From a virus (Duplodnaviria; Caudoviricetes), in IMG/VR virus record IMGVR_UViG_3300025889_000071: DNA of 64,000 bases, one strand, 5' to 3'. Position 1 is the stretch's first letter, and the number at the start of each line of letters is the position of its first letter. A program made the position numbers and the translations under genes. Below the pieces are notes generated by a model that ran no database searches, was not told the DNA's origin, and worked only from the letters and a program-made list of their open reading frames with translations. Shown here in pieces: positions 36,310 through 44,940 of this stretch.

Positions 36310-39300
36310 ATGGCTATTAAAATTTCCAATTCTACTATTATCGATGATAATAGAGATATTCTAAATGCTGGAACCACGGGTGTTGGAACTATAACCGTTG
36401 GTTCTGGCGTTACAATTTACAATGAGGGTGGTGGTAGTGCATACATTGGATTTGCAACTCATAATGTTAGAATTGGAGATAGCACAACAGGTCAATCATT
36501 AACAAGCGGAAAAAATAATACTTTTATTGGTGTTGGTGCAGGACGTAGCAACACCTCTGGAACTAATAATATCTTCTTTGGTCAACAATCAGGATTCTGT
36601 AATACTTATTCTAATGGTTCTGTAGCAATTGGTGCATCAGCAGGATATCATAATAATGGTGATGACAATGTTTTTATTGGCCGAAATGCTGGATTTACTA
36701 CTGCTACTCGTTTTTCAGGTAATCTCATTTCAGGTTCTAATAATTTTATATCAGGTGTTGGAGCTGGTTCATCATTAACCTTTTCAAACCATAATGTCTT
36801 TATTGGTCTTTGTGCAGGACACTATACCACTACCGGAAGTTATAATATATTCCTTGGAAAATTTTCAGGATGTAGCAACACTACCGGAGGATATAATAAT
36901 TTCTTTGGGGCATGTGCAGGATATTCTAACACTAGTGGATGTCATAATAACTTCTTTGGACACTATGCAGGATGTTCTAACACCAGTGGAAAGTATAACA
37001 ATTTCCTAGGCCTCAGTGCAGGATGTAATAATACCGAAGGATGGTATAACAACTTCCTTGGTATTTGTGCAGGATTCAAAAACACCACTGGATGTGATAA
37101 CAACTTCCTTGGTCAGTGTGCAGGAGTTTGTAACACCACTGGATGTAATAACAACTTCCTTGGTGAGTGTGCAGGATTAAAAAACACCACTGGATGTGAT
37201 AATAACTTCCTTGGTCTTCGTGCAGGAGTTTGTAACACTGAAGGATGTCATAATAACTTCCTTGGTGAGTGTGCAGGATTCAAAAACACTACCGGATCAT
37301 ATAATAACTTCCTTGGTCCCTCTGCAGGCAAATGTAATACTACTGGAGGTTCAAATAATTTCTTCGGAGTTCTTGCAGGATTCCGTAATACTGTTGAGTG
37401 TGGAAATGTTTATATTGGGGAATGTGCAGGATATAATTCACAGGGACATACTGCATGGGATAGTGTTGATGCAAGTGAGCAATATAACACCTTTATAGGA
37501 TATAGAGCTGGATTCTCTACAGCATCTCCATATGGATTTTCGCGTAGAAACGTTGCAATCGGATATTGTGCAGCTGGTTCTATAGGAGTAGCTTTCCCTC
37601 AACAAGGTGGAATAGATTATTGCCCAATTTCCAACATATTCATTGGAGAATGTGCTGGTTATAATGCTAATGGCGACATGTATGATAACGTTTTCCTTGG
37701 AAGATATGCAGGGGAAAAAGCTTCAGGTTGTGTCACCAATAACGTTGCTATTGGACGTAGTGCTCTTGGTTATGCTGAAAATAATTTATGGAATGCCTTG
37801 TCCAAATCCGAGCATAATATAGCAATTGGATATTTTGCTGGTTATTTATCTCGTGATGGATGTTATAATAACTTCCAGGGATATCAGGCAGGATGTAGTA
37901 ACACTACTGGATGGCATAATAACTTCTTTGGACAACAAGCAGGATTGTGCAACACCACTGGATGCTATAATAACTTCCTTGGACGATGGGCAGGATGCTT
38001 CAACACCACTGGAAGTGTTAATAACTTCATTGGTTATTGTGCAGGATGTAGCAACACCACTGGATCCAATAATAACTTTCTTGGACAAGGTGCAGGAAAG
38101 TGCAACACCTGTGGAGGTTGTAATAACTTCATTGGATGTGCTGCAGGACGGTCCAACACCACTGGATGTTATAATAACTTCTTTGGCAGAAGGGCAGGAT
38201 ACGGTAACACCACTGGATTCCATAATAATTTTATTGGTCATATGGCAGGATGTAATAACCTCTCTGGAAATTCCAATAACTTCATTGGATATCAGGCAGG
38301 CCTGAACAACACCTCTGGAGATTGTAATAACTTCTTTGGATCTATGGCAGGAAGAGCCAACACCACTGCATGTCATAATAACTTCATTGGTTCATGTGCA
38401 GGATGCAGAGTCAACACCGGAGGTTATAATAATTTCTTTGGTAATTTTGCAGGAAGGTATATCACTACTGGATGTCATAATAACATCCTTGGCCATTGTG
38501 CAGGACATGGCACCTTTGCAATTGGAGAAACAATAAATGGATGCCATAACAACTTCTTTGGACAATATGCAGGGATCTCGATTACTTCCGCAAGTTATAA
38601 TAACTTTATTGGTTTTCGTGCAGGTGAAGGTCAGAAAAATGTATTATTTTACAGTAATTGTGCGACAGGGTGCCATAATAACTTCTTTGGAAGTTATGCT
38701 GGTCGTTATAATCTCTCTGGTTCTAGCAATATTTTCCTAGGTCAATGTGCAGGTAACACAAATACCACTGGTTCTTGTAATATTGCCATTGGTAGGGATG
38801 TAGAGCTTCCATCTGCAACTGGTGACAAACAACTTGCAATCGGTGATGGAACTGATCGTTGGATTAGTGGTGATAGTGATTTCATTGTAACTGCAAATGT
38901 AAGAGGATCCACACGTCAGATTGTTGGTTATAGCACTGATGCTACTTTTACACAACCAATAACTGCAGCCCAATTTAACACTATTGATGATATGGCTATT
39001 GAGATTACTCTTAACAGTGCTTCAAATAAAGTTCTTGTTACTTTTGATCTTACTGGAGAATTTGCTAATACCGCTAGTAATTATGATACTGGCATTTCTA
39101 TTCAAAGACATAGTGGCAATTATGCAGGTGGATTCATAGATGTGGCACCAGGAGAGACCGCTGCCGGATATCATAATTCTGCTGGAAGCAGAAATCGTGG
39201 AATAACAACACCAGTTGTGAATTATTCTCAAGACGCTGCCAGCACTGCAGAAAAACTATCAATTATCAATTTCCTGGATAGTCCAAATACAACTGGTATT

Positions 39301-39432
39301 GTGACATATTACCCAACAATTTATCCAAGAATCACCGACACTTGGTATGGTAATAGAACGGTCGCTGATACTGACGGCAATCAACATGAAAGATTTATTT
39401 CATACATCACTCTTCAAGAAATTGTTGGTTGA
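36310..39432 (+). CDS. Tail fibre-like protein 3 with 17-aa Cys/Asn repeats
   Basis: MAIKISNSTIIDD start; dozens of GCxNNF(F/L/I)GxxAG units; beta-rich C-terminal domain. Confidence 0.8.
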   Translation: MAIKISNSTIIDDNRDILNAGTTGVGTITVGSGVTIYNEGGGSAYIGFATHNVRIGDSTTGQSLTSGKNNTFIGVGAGRSNTSGTNNIFFGQQSGFCNTYSNGSVAIGASAGYHNNGDDNVFIGRNAGFTTATRFSGNLISGSNNFISGVGAGSSLTFSNHNVFIGLCAGHYTTTGSYNIFLGKFSGCSNTTGGYNNFFGACAGYSNTSGCHNNFFGHYAGCSNTSGKYNNFLGLSAGCNNTEGWYNNFLGICAGFKNTTGCDNNFLGQCAGVCNTTGCNNNFLGECAGLKNTTGCDNNFLGLRAGVCNTEGCHNNFLGECAGFKNTTGSYNNFLGPSAGKCNTTGGSNNFFGVLAGFRNTVECGNVYIGECAGYNSQGHTAWDSVDASEQYNTFIGYRAGFSTASPYGFSRRNVAIGYCAAGSIGVAFPQQGGIDYCPISNIFIGECAGYNANGDMYDNVFLGRYAGEKASGCVTNNVAIGRSALGYAENNLWNALSKSEHNIAIGYFAGYLSRDGCYNNFQGYQAGCSNTTGWHNNFFGQQAGLCNTTGCYNNFLGRWAGCFNTTGSVNNFIGYCAGCSNTTGSNNNFLGQGAGKCNTCGGCNNFIGCAAGRSNTTGCYNNFFGRRAGYGNTTGFHNNFIGHMAGCNNLSGNSNNFIGYQAGLNNTSGDCNNFFGSMAGRANTTACHNNFIGSCAGCRVNTGGYNNFFGNFAGRYITTGCHNNILGHCAGHGTFAIGETINGCHNNFFGQYAGISITSASYNNFIGFRAGEGQKNVLFYSNCATGCHNNFFGSYAGRYNLSGSSNIFLGQCAGNTNTTGSCNIAIGRDVELPSATGDKQLAIGDGTDRWISGDSDFIVTANVRGSTRQIVGYSTDATFTQPITAAQFNTIDDMAIEITLNSASNKVLVTFDLTGEFANTASNYDTGISIQRHSGNYAGGFIDVAPGETAAGYHNSAGSRNRGITTPVVNYSQDAASTAEKLSIINFLDSPNTTGIVTYYPTIYPRITDTWYGNRTVADTDGNQHERFISYITLQEIVG

Positions 39433-39518
39433 TCTCTTTTTATAGAGAATGTTATAGTGTAATTGAGGTTATTGATTAAGAACTAAATACAGTATGATTG
39501 ATTGAGTTGTATTATTCT

Positions 39519-40427
39519 ATGGCATTTCTTTCACAATTGAGCAACAAGAATAAGTCAGGTTCAGAAAGAAAGTTTTACTTTATGGCAGGTCTTCCACGTT
39601 CTGGAAGTAGTTTATTATCTGCACTATTGAATCAAAATCCAAGATTTTATTCTGGACCTTCAAGTCCTGTTCTTTCAACAATGTATTCAATTGAAAATCA
39701 TCTGGCAAATGATGAATTATATCATGGTTATCCAAAAGAACAACAGGCATTTGAATTGATTTCTAGTGTCATTCATCACTTCTATAGTGATGTATCTGAC
39801 CCAGTGATTATAGATAAAAATCGTGCATGGCCTGCAAGAGTATCATATATTGAAGGGTATATTGGACATAAAGCAAAGATTATTTGTCCTGTAAGAGACA
39901 TTGATGAGATTCTGACATCAATGATTACGATGATTCGTCGTAATCCTTACAAAGAGGGACAATCAAGAATTAACTTTATTGATGAACAATTGGTTAAACT
40001 CAATATTCCAATCAGTGATGATAATCGTTGCGAGTATATTGCAGGTCCTGAAGGTATTTTGGGACAATCACTCAATGCAATGATGGAAGGTGTAAATCAA
40101 GGATTTGCAGATAGATTGCATTTTGTAGAGTATAAAGACCTCGTAAATAAACCTCAAGAAACACTTAATCAAGTGTATGAATTTCTTGAAGAAGAACCAT
40201 TTGAGCACACATTTGATAATCTTAAGAATGAAAATCAAGAGAATGATTTGAATACTTATGGGCTTGCAGATATGCACCATGTTCGTGCAGAACTTAAATC
40301 AACAGCATCAAATCCAGAAGAGATTCTTTCTCTAGATGTTAGAAAAAGATGTGAAGGCATGGACATTTGGCGTCAAATCAATTATAATCAGAATGAACAA
40401 GTTGTACCTAATGTAATTAAGATATAA
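39519..40427 (+). CDS. Sulfotransferase (PAPS-dependent, Sulfotransfer_3-like)
   Basis: 5'-PSB loop AGLPRSGSSLL; IIDKNRAW; VRDIDEILTS; VEYKDLVNKPQETL. Confidence 0.85.
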   Translation: MAFLSQLSNKNKSGSERKFYFMAGLPRSGSSLLSALLNQNPRFYSGPSSPVLSTMYSIENHLANDELYHGYPKEQQAFELISSVIHHFYSDVSDPVIIDKNRAWPARVSYIEGYIGHKAKIICPVRDIDEILTSMITMIRRNPYKEGQSRINFIDEQLVKLNIPISDDNRCEYIAGPEGILGQSLNAMMEGVNQGFADRLHFVEYKDLVNKPQETLNQVYEFLEEEPFEHTFDNLKNENQENDLNTYGLADMHHVRAELKSTASNPEEILSLDVRKRCEGMDIWRQINYNQNEQVVPNVIKI

Positions 40428-40428
40428 A

Positions 40429-41343
40429 ATGAAAGAAAAGTATTGTATTTTTCATGTTCAAGGTGGACTTGGAAAGCACATTGCATCTACAGCAGTTGCA
40501 AAGTGTATTAAAAATAATTATCCAGAACGAAAACTCATCGTAGTTGCCGTTTATACTGACGTATATCTTAATCTTCCCTTCATTGATAGGGTATATCAAT
40601 TAGGAAATACGAATTATTTTTACCAAAACTATATTGAAAATAAGGACTCTTTGATTTTTCATAATGAGCCTTATTTTACAACAGATCATGTTCATAAACG
40701 TCTTCCACTAATTCAAACTTGGTGCAAGATGTATGGTTTGAATTATCGTGGAGAGATGCCACAAATTAAATTCAATCCACTACAAAAGAAAATTTCCAAA
40801 GATGTATGGAAAAAAGGTGATAAACCAATGATGGTTATTCACACTAATGGTGGATTGATTGAACCAAATGCAAGACCATATCTATGGGCACGAGATATGC
40901 CCATAGATATTGCACAAGAAATTGTTGACAAATACCATAAAGATTATACGATTTATCAGTGCACAAAGGTCAATTCAGAAAAATGTATCAATGCCGAAAT
41001 CATTGAATTCGGATTTGAACAAGGTAGTATGCAGTTAGGAATCCTTGAGTTTTTGAGTATTATTTTACATAGTGACAAGAGGATTCTGATTGATAGTTCA
41101 CTACAACATGCTGCAGCTGCACTGAAACTTCCATCATTGGTTCTTTGGAATGGAACAAGTCCAAAGGTATTTGGATATGATATGCACACAAACCTTGAAA
41201 CTATCAAACCACAAAACTTCAAACTTCCCGGAAGTTATTTGTTTGATTTTGATTTCAATGGTCCAGAGCATGAATATCCATTTGATGAGGATGAGAAGTT
41301 ATTTGATACTGACAAAATTTTTCAATACATAGAAGAGAAGTAA
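40429..41343 (+). CDS. Glycosyltransferase, GT9 (heptosyltransferase)-like
   Basis: HVQGGLGKHIA...IKNNYP; IDSSLQHAAAALKLPSLVLWNGT. Confidence 0.75.
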   Translation: MKEKYCIFHVQGGLGKHIASTAVAKCIKNNYPERKLIVVAVYTDVYLNLPFIDRVYQLGNTNYFYQNYIENKDSLIFHNEPYFTTDHVHKRLPLIQTWCKMYGLNYRGEMPQIKFNPLQKKISKDVWKKGDKPMMVIHTNGGLIEPNARPYLWARDMPIDIAQEIVDKYHKDYTIYQCTKVNSEKCINAEIIEFGFEQGSMQLGILEFLSIILHSDKRILIDSSLQHAAAALKLPSLVLWNGTSPKVFGYDMHTNLETIKPQNFKLPGSYLFDFDFNGPEHEYPFDEDEKLFDTDKIFQYIEEK

Positions 41344-41355
41344 AGGAGTAAAGTT

Positions 41356-41589
41356 ATGCCTTCAGAAGAAATGACCCCAGAAGAAATCGCAGGAACATAC
41401 AATGCTGCGATGGACAGTGTAAATCTCATCAATAGAATTGTAGAGCAAGAAATTCTTTCAGAAGATGATGAAGATACTGTTAGTCGTAATGTAGAACATC
41501 TTAAGATTCAAGTAGGAAAAGATTTTTGGACTACAGAAGATCTAACACCATTCAATGATGCGATCACAGCTGGTGAAGCAGTTCTCTGA
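41356..41589 (+). CDS. Small acidic hypothetical protein ending the fibre operon
   Basis: 77 aa; SD-like AAGGAG upstream; terminator follows. Confidence 0.7.
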   Translation: MPSEEMTPEEIAGTYNAAMDSVNLINRIVEQEILSEDDEDTVSRNVEHLKIQVGKDFWTTEDLTPFNDAITAGEAVL

Positions 41590-41610
41590 TTATCATTCGT
41601 AACAACACTT

Positions 41611-41642
41611 ACCTCTTGAACTTTTGTTTCAGGAGGTTTTTT
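41611..41642 (+). terminator. Rho-independent terminator
   Basis: ACCTCTTGAA..TTCAGGAGGT hairpin followed by a T run. Confidence 0.8.
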
Positions 41643-41647
41643 AATGC

Positions 41648-41676
41648 TTGACAAACACTTAAAATATGTGTACAAT
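41648..41676 (+). promoter_or_regulatory. Sigma70-like promoter
   Basis: TTGACA-N17-TACAAT. Confidence 0.7.
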
Positions 41677-41729
41677 TACCTTTGTGGAGGTTGATAAAAA
41701 TAAAAGCTAAATATTTCTTTTAGATACTT

Positions 41730-42209
41730 ATGAAAACGATTGAAAGACACAGATACAAAGACAAGGAGATATTTGAGACACGCACTCTAAAGTTTAGACC
41801 ATTTGAATATAAAGATATTGATTTGGTGATGTTAATGATTGCAGAGAATCTCACACCAAAGATGGTATCAAAAAAATATAGAGAAGAGAATAAAGATAAT
41901 CCAATGTTTGGACATTGCTATCATTCTTCTCAAGCATTATATTATCTTATGAATACAGATGTATTGGAACAAATGAGTGCAATTGATTATCATGATGAAG
42001 CACATTGGTGGTTAAGAGATAAGTATACGCATGAAGTGTATGATATTACTGCAGATCAATACTATTCAGTCAATCAAGTTCCACCATATGCACAAGGTAA
42101 AAAGAAAGCTTGGTATGGATGGAAACAGAGACCACATCAAAGAACATTAGATTTGATGGTAAAGGTTTTAAGTAATAGACTTATTTCAGATGAAGTGTTG
42201 ACATATTAA
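41730..42209 (+). CDS. Hypothetical protein with possible Cys-His-Asp (transglutaminase/papain-like) triad
   Basis: GHCYHSSQAL...HWWL...YDITADQY. Confidence 0.55.
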   Translation: MKTIERHRYKDKEIFETRTLKFRPFEYKDIDLVMLMIAENLTPKMVSKKYREENKDNPMFGHCYHSSQALYYLMNTDVLEQMSAIDYHDEAHWWLRDKYTHEVYDITADQYYSVNQVPPYAQGKKKAWYGWKQRPHQRTLDLMVKVLSNRLISDEVLTY

Positions 42210-42269
42210 ACTGGGCCCTGTAAAGTGTCCTAGTGATGTGAGGGAGAGCAATCAACTTCACAACACCAG

Positions 42270-42298
42270 TTGACAACGGTTCTCCGATTTGTTATACT
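42270..42298 (+). promoter_or_regulatory. Sigma70-like promoter for the DUF262 gene
   Basis: TTGACA-N17-TATACT with a TG extended -10 element. Confidence 0.8.
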
Positions 42299-42358
42299 GA
42301 CCTCATCAAACGAAACACTGTTTGATCTCGTATCCTTCTTCTAACATATTGAAGAAGT

Positions 42359-43597
42359 ATGCAAAAACCCACACTTTTTCAAACTTCAATTATGCAGACC
42401 AATCAAAATTTTATGATCCCGCTCAAGGAGCCTATTAGTCTTCTTGAATATGCTTACCTTCTGCTTAAGACCCGTAAGTTTTGTGCTCCAGAGCAATTCC
42501 AACGCCCTGAAGCATGGCAAGTAAAGGATCGTAAATCATTTTTTCAATCAGTGTTGATGAATCGTGCAGAAGGCACTCTTGTCTTGGTTGATATTCAACA
42601 ATGTATCGAACGTATGGAATATGGCGGAGATACAAGTAGCGATACTTATAAATTTTTCAAAAAATACTTTAATGAAGGGTTCAAGTATTTTGTTCTAGAT
42701 GGTAACAACCGTCTGTGCTTTATCACTTCTCTTCTAGAAGATAATTATCTTATTCCCGAAGGGACTTACGAATTTATCAGTGATGAAGTCAACGGAAACA
42801 TTTCATCATTTACTGTTCGCAAGGGAAAGCAAAAGTTCTCTGACCTGCCTACACGAGTTCAACGTGTTATTCAATCTCGAAAGTCTGTGTTGAGTGTCTA
42901 TACTCAAATTACCTTGGAAGGTATGTCTGAAGTGTTCCAAAATGTGAACTCTGGTGTTCCTCTTAACGCACAAGAACTTCGCAACGCATATTCTTCTCCT
43001 TGGGCTGAGTTTTTTCGCGATCTTTCAAAGGAGGTTGCACCTCTTCTTGGTTACACTCACAAAGACCCCATTTTCCGTCTTAAGGGTCAAGAATGGTTGG
43101 TTGATTGTATTGCCATGGCAATTGATGGAATTGCAATCAATGAAGTTACTGGAGAACTTCAATTTACTGGAGTTACACAAACATCTAAAAACAAACTGTA
43201 TAAGAGCACTTTCTTTACTCAAGAGGAGCAAAACTTCTATACTAATAAATTCATTGAATTGATGGATTTCATTTCTCAAATGCTCCATGATGAAATTCTT
43301 GAAGAAAAATCTCTCAAGCAAAAATCTAAAATCCAAAATCTTTATTGGATGATGACAACTGTTGATGGAATTGAGACCTATGATCAAGCAGTTGCAGCTG
43401 TTGAAAAGCAAGAAATTGCTTATCTTGACAAGCAACGTAAGTTTGGTGAAGAGGACAAAACCTTCCGTCAATGTTGTGAAGGCATGAATGCTGAAAACTT
43501 GGAGGTTCGATACACAATTCTTACCGAAATTCTTACCGAAGTGGTCGGTGAGCGCAATGATTTCTCTACTCTCAATGAAGTTTTTGAAAGTGTCTGA
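42359..43597 (+). CDS. DUF262 (ParB-like / GmrSD N-terminal) domain protein
   Basis: FQRPEAW...SFFQSVL, VLDGNNRL, EVFQNVNSGVPLNAQELRNA. Confidence 0.8.
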   Translation: MQKPTLFQTSIMQTNQNFMIPLKEPISLLEYAYLLLKTRKFCAPEQFQRPEAWQVKDRKSFFQSVLMNRAEGTLVLVDIQQCIERMEYGGDTSSDTYKFFKKYFNEGFKYFVLDGNNRLCFITSLLEDNYLIPEGTYEFISDEVNGNISSFTVRKGKQKFSDLPTRVQRVIQSRKSVLSVYTQITLEGMSEVFQNVNSGVPLNAQELRNAYSSPWAEFFRDLSKEVAPLLGYTHKDPIFRLKGQEWLVDCIAMAIDGIAINEVTGELQFTGVTQTSKNKLYKSTFFTQEEQNFYTNKFIELMDFISQMLHDEILEEKSLKQKSKIQNLYWMMTTVDGIETYDQAVAAVEKQEIAYLDKQRKFGEEDKTFRQCCEGMNAENLEVRYTILTEILTEVVGERNDFSTLNEVFESV

Positions 43598-44008
43598 ACC
43601 TTGCGTTAGTTAGGAAGGAGTTTCAAGGGTTCTTTGAGTAATCATTGGGCCCTTCAAAGTGTTTTAGTTCTGTAACCATCTATTCTATGAAACGAGAATT
43701 TATCTGCGTTCAACCAAAATCCAATAAAGCAAAGAATCGTTTTGCTAATGAGATGGATAAACTTCATTCTTGTGTTGTTGAACAACGCACAGGAGGAAAG
43801 GTGTTTCTATCTTCTATCAGTGGAAAATACTCTTTTTGGATGAGTGAATCCTCTGATGATAACTGGGACGTTATTTAGCACTAGGCATAAATTTTTGTTG
43901 CCAAATGTCCTGATTTTCACACATTTTTGATAAATAGTGATAGAATTATGAGGTACACCCATGAATCCGTATTCTACATTATGATGTTCAATGTGCTTGG
44001 AGGATATT

Positions 44009-44185
44009 ATGCACAATCTTATTTCTTACAATCAACTTGCGGGTTGGAAGCAATTTGAAACGACACTGAATCATTTCAATGAGCAAAGCGATGTCATCAA
44101 TGATTACTACCAATGTTTAATAGAATGTGATGACAAACAGCATATCTGCAAAAAAATTTGTAAGGAGGTGCTCAATCAAGAATAA
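44009..44185 (+). CDS. Small Cys-containing conserved hypothetical protein
   Basis: MHNLISYNQLAGW...DYYQCLIECDDKQHICKKIC; GGAGG SD upstream. Confidence 0.7.
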   Translation: MHNLISYNQLAGWKQFETTLNHFNEQSDVINDYYQCLIECDDKQHICKKICKEVLNQE

Positions 44186-44201
44186 TAATAATACATAGCC
44201 C

Positions 44202-44230
44202 TTGACGTAACCCGTCAGGGGTTTTATACT
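44202..44230 (+). promoter_or_regulatory. Sigma70-like promoter overlapped by an inverted repeat
   Basis: TTGACG-N17-TATACT; CCCTTGACG/CGTCAGGGG stem. Confidence 0.65.
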
Positions 44231-44238
44231 AAAACTGG

Positions 44239-44676
44239 ATGGTAAATCTCATGAAACTGCAACCTCTTCTTCTGGCATTAACTGTTTTTTGTTCTGCTGC
44301 TCCTGCAAGTGCAGAGGTTTATATGTATCATGAATCATATTGCTATGAGAATATAGAAGAATATGTGCCAGGGTATCGTAATCGTTGGGGAAGATATGTT
44401 GGTGGTTATGTAAAGACAACTAGATCTAGAGTTCCATGCCACAGACATAGAAGTTATAGATCTGAACATCATCACTATCATTCCAATAACAACAATAATC
44501 AAAGCAAATCTAATGGAAAGAAAGACGATAATTCATGTATTGAAGGAAGTATATTAGGTGGTATTGCTGGTGGTGGTGCCGGTGCAGCTTTGTCTAGAGG
44601 AGATGGACGCTTTTGGGCGATTCCTACAGGCATTGTAGCTGGTGCATTAGTTGGATGTCAAATTGATGGCGGCTAA
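44239..44676 (+). CDS. Signal-peptide, glycine-zipper membrane protein
   Basis: Hydrophobic leader; GSILGGIAGGGAGAALS...GIVAGALVGC. Confidence 0.7.
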   Translation: MVNLMKLQPLLLALTVFCSAAPASAEVYMYHESYCYENIEEYVPGYRNRWGRYVGGYVKTTRSRVPCHRHRSYRSEHHHYHSNNNNNQSKSNGKKDDNSCIEGSILGGIAGGGAGAALSRGDGRFWAIPTGIVAGALVGCQIDGG

Positions 44677-44940
44677 ACAAAAAAACATAGTCACTTATGT
44701 AACCATGAATCTGGGGCAAGACAATACGTTTTGCAAATATCCTGGTAAAATGGTTACTATAGGAACGATGTCAATTGCACTATACTGGTTAGTAATGCTT
44801 GGTATGGTTGTAAACGCATATTATCATCATCACATCAACGTTGATATTGTTACAAAGTGTTAAGCAAATAAAAAGAGAATCTTAAAAAAACGGATCAGGT
44901 CAAAAATTCATAGTAAAATATTTTGAATCACACATAATCA

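Noticed and set aside
31243-38376. Long antisense and alternate-frame ORFs over the fibre genes (e.g. 34313-34984, 37846-38376, 31243-31740)
   Set aside because: These are shadows of low-complexity repeats that lack stops in other frames; they have no RBS or recognisable domains.
21312-39432. Diversity-generating retroelement in the AAY-rich fibre repeats
   Set aside because: No reverse transcriptase in the window. Differences between the 126-bp duplicate copies are synonymous and not adenine-specific.
41677-41715. Short ACCTTTGTGGAGGT hairpin after the 41648 promoter as a possible sRNA
   Set aside because: It is only about 5 bp with no terminator, and cannot be told apart from an ordinary leader.
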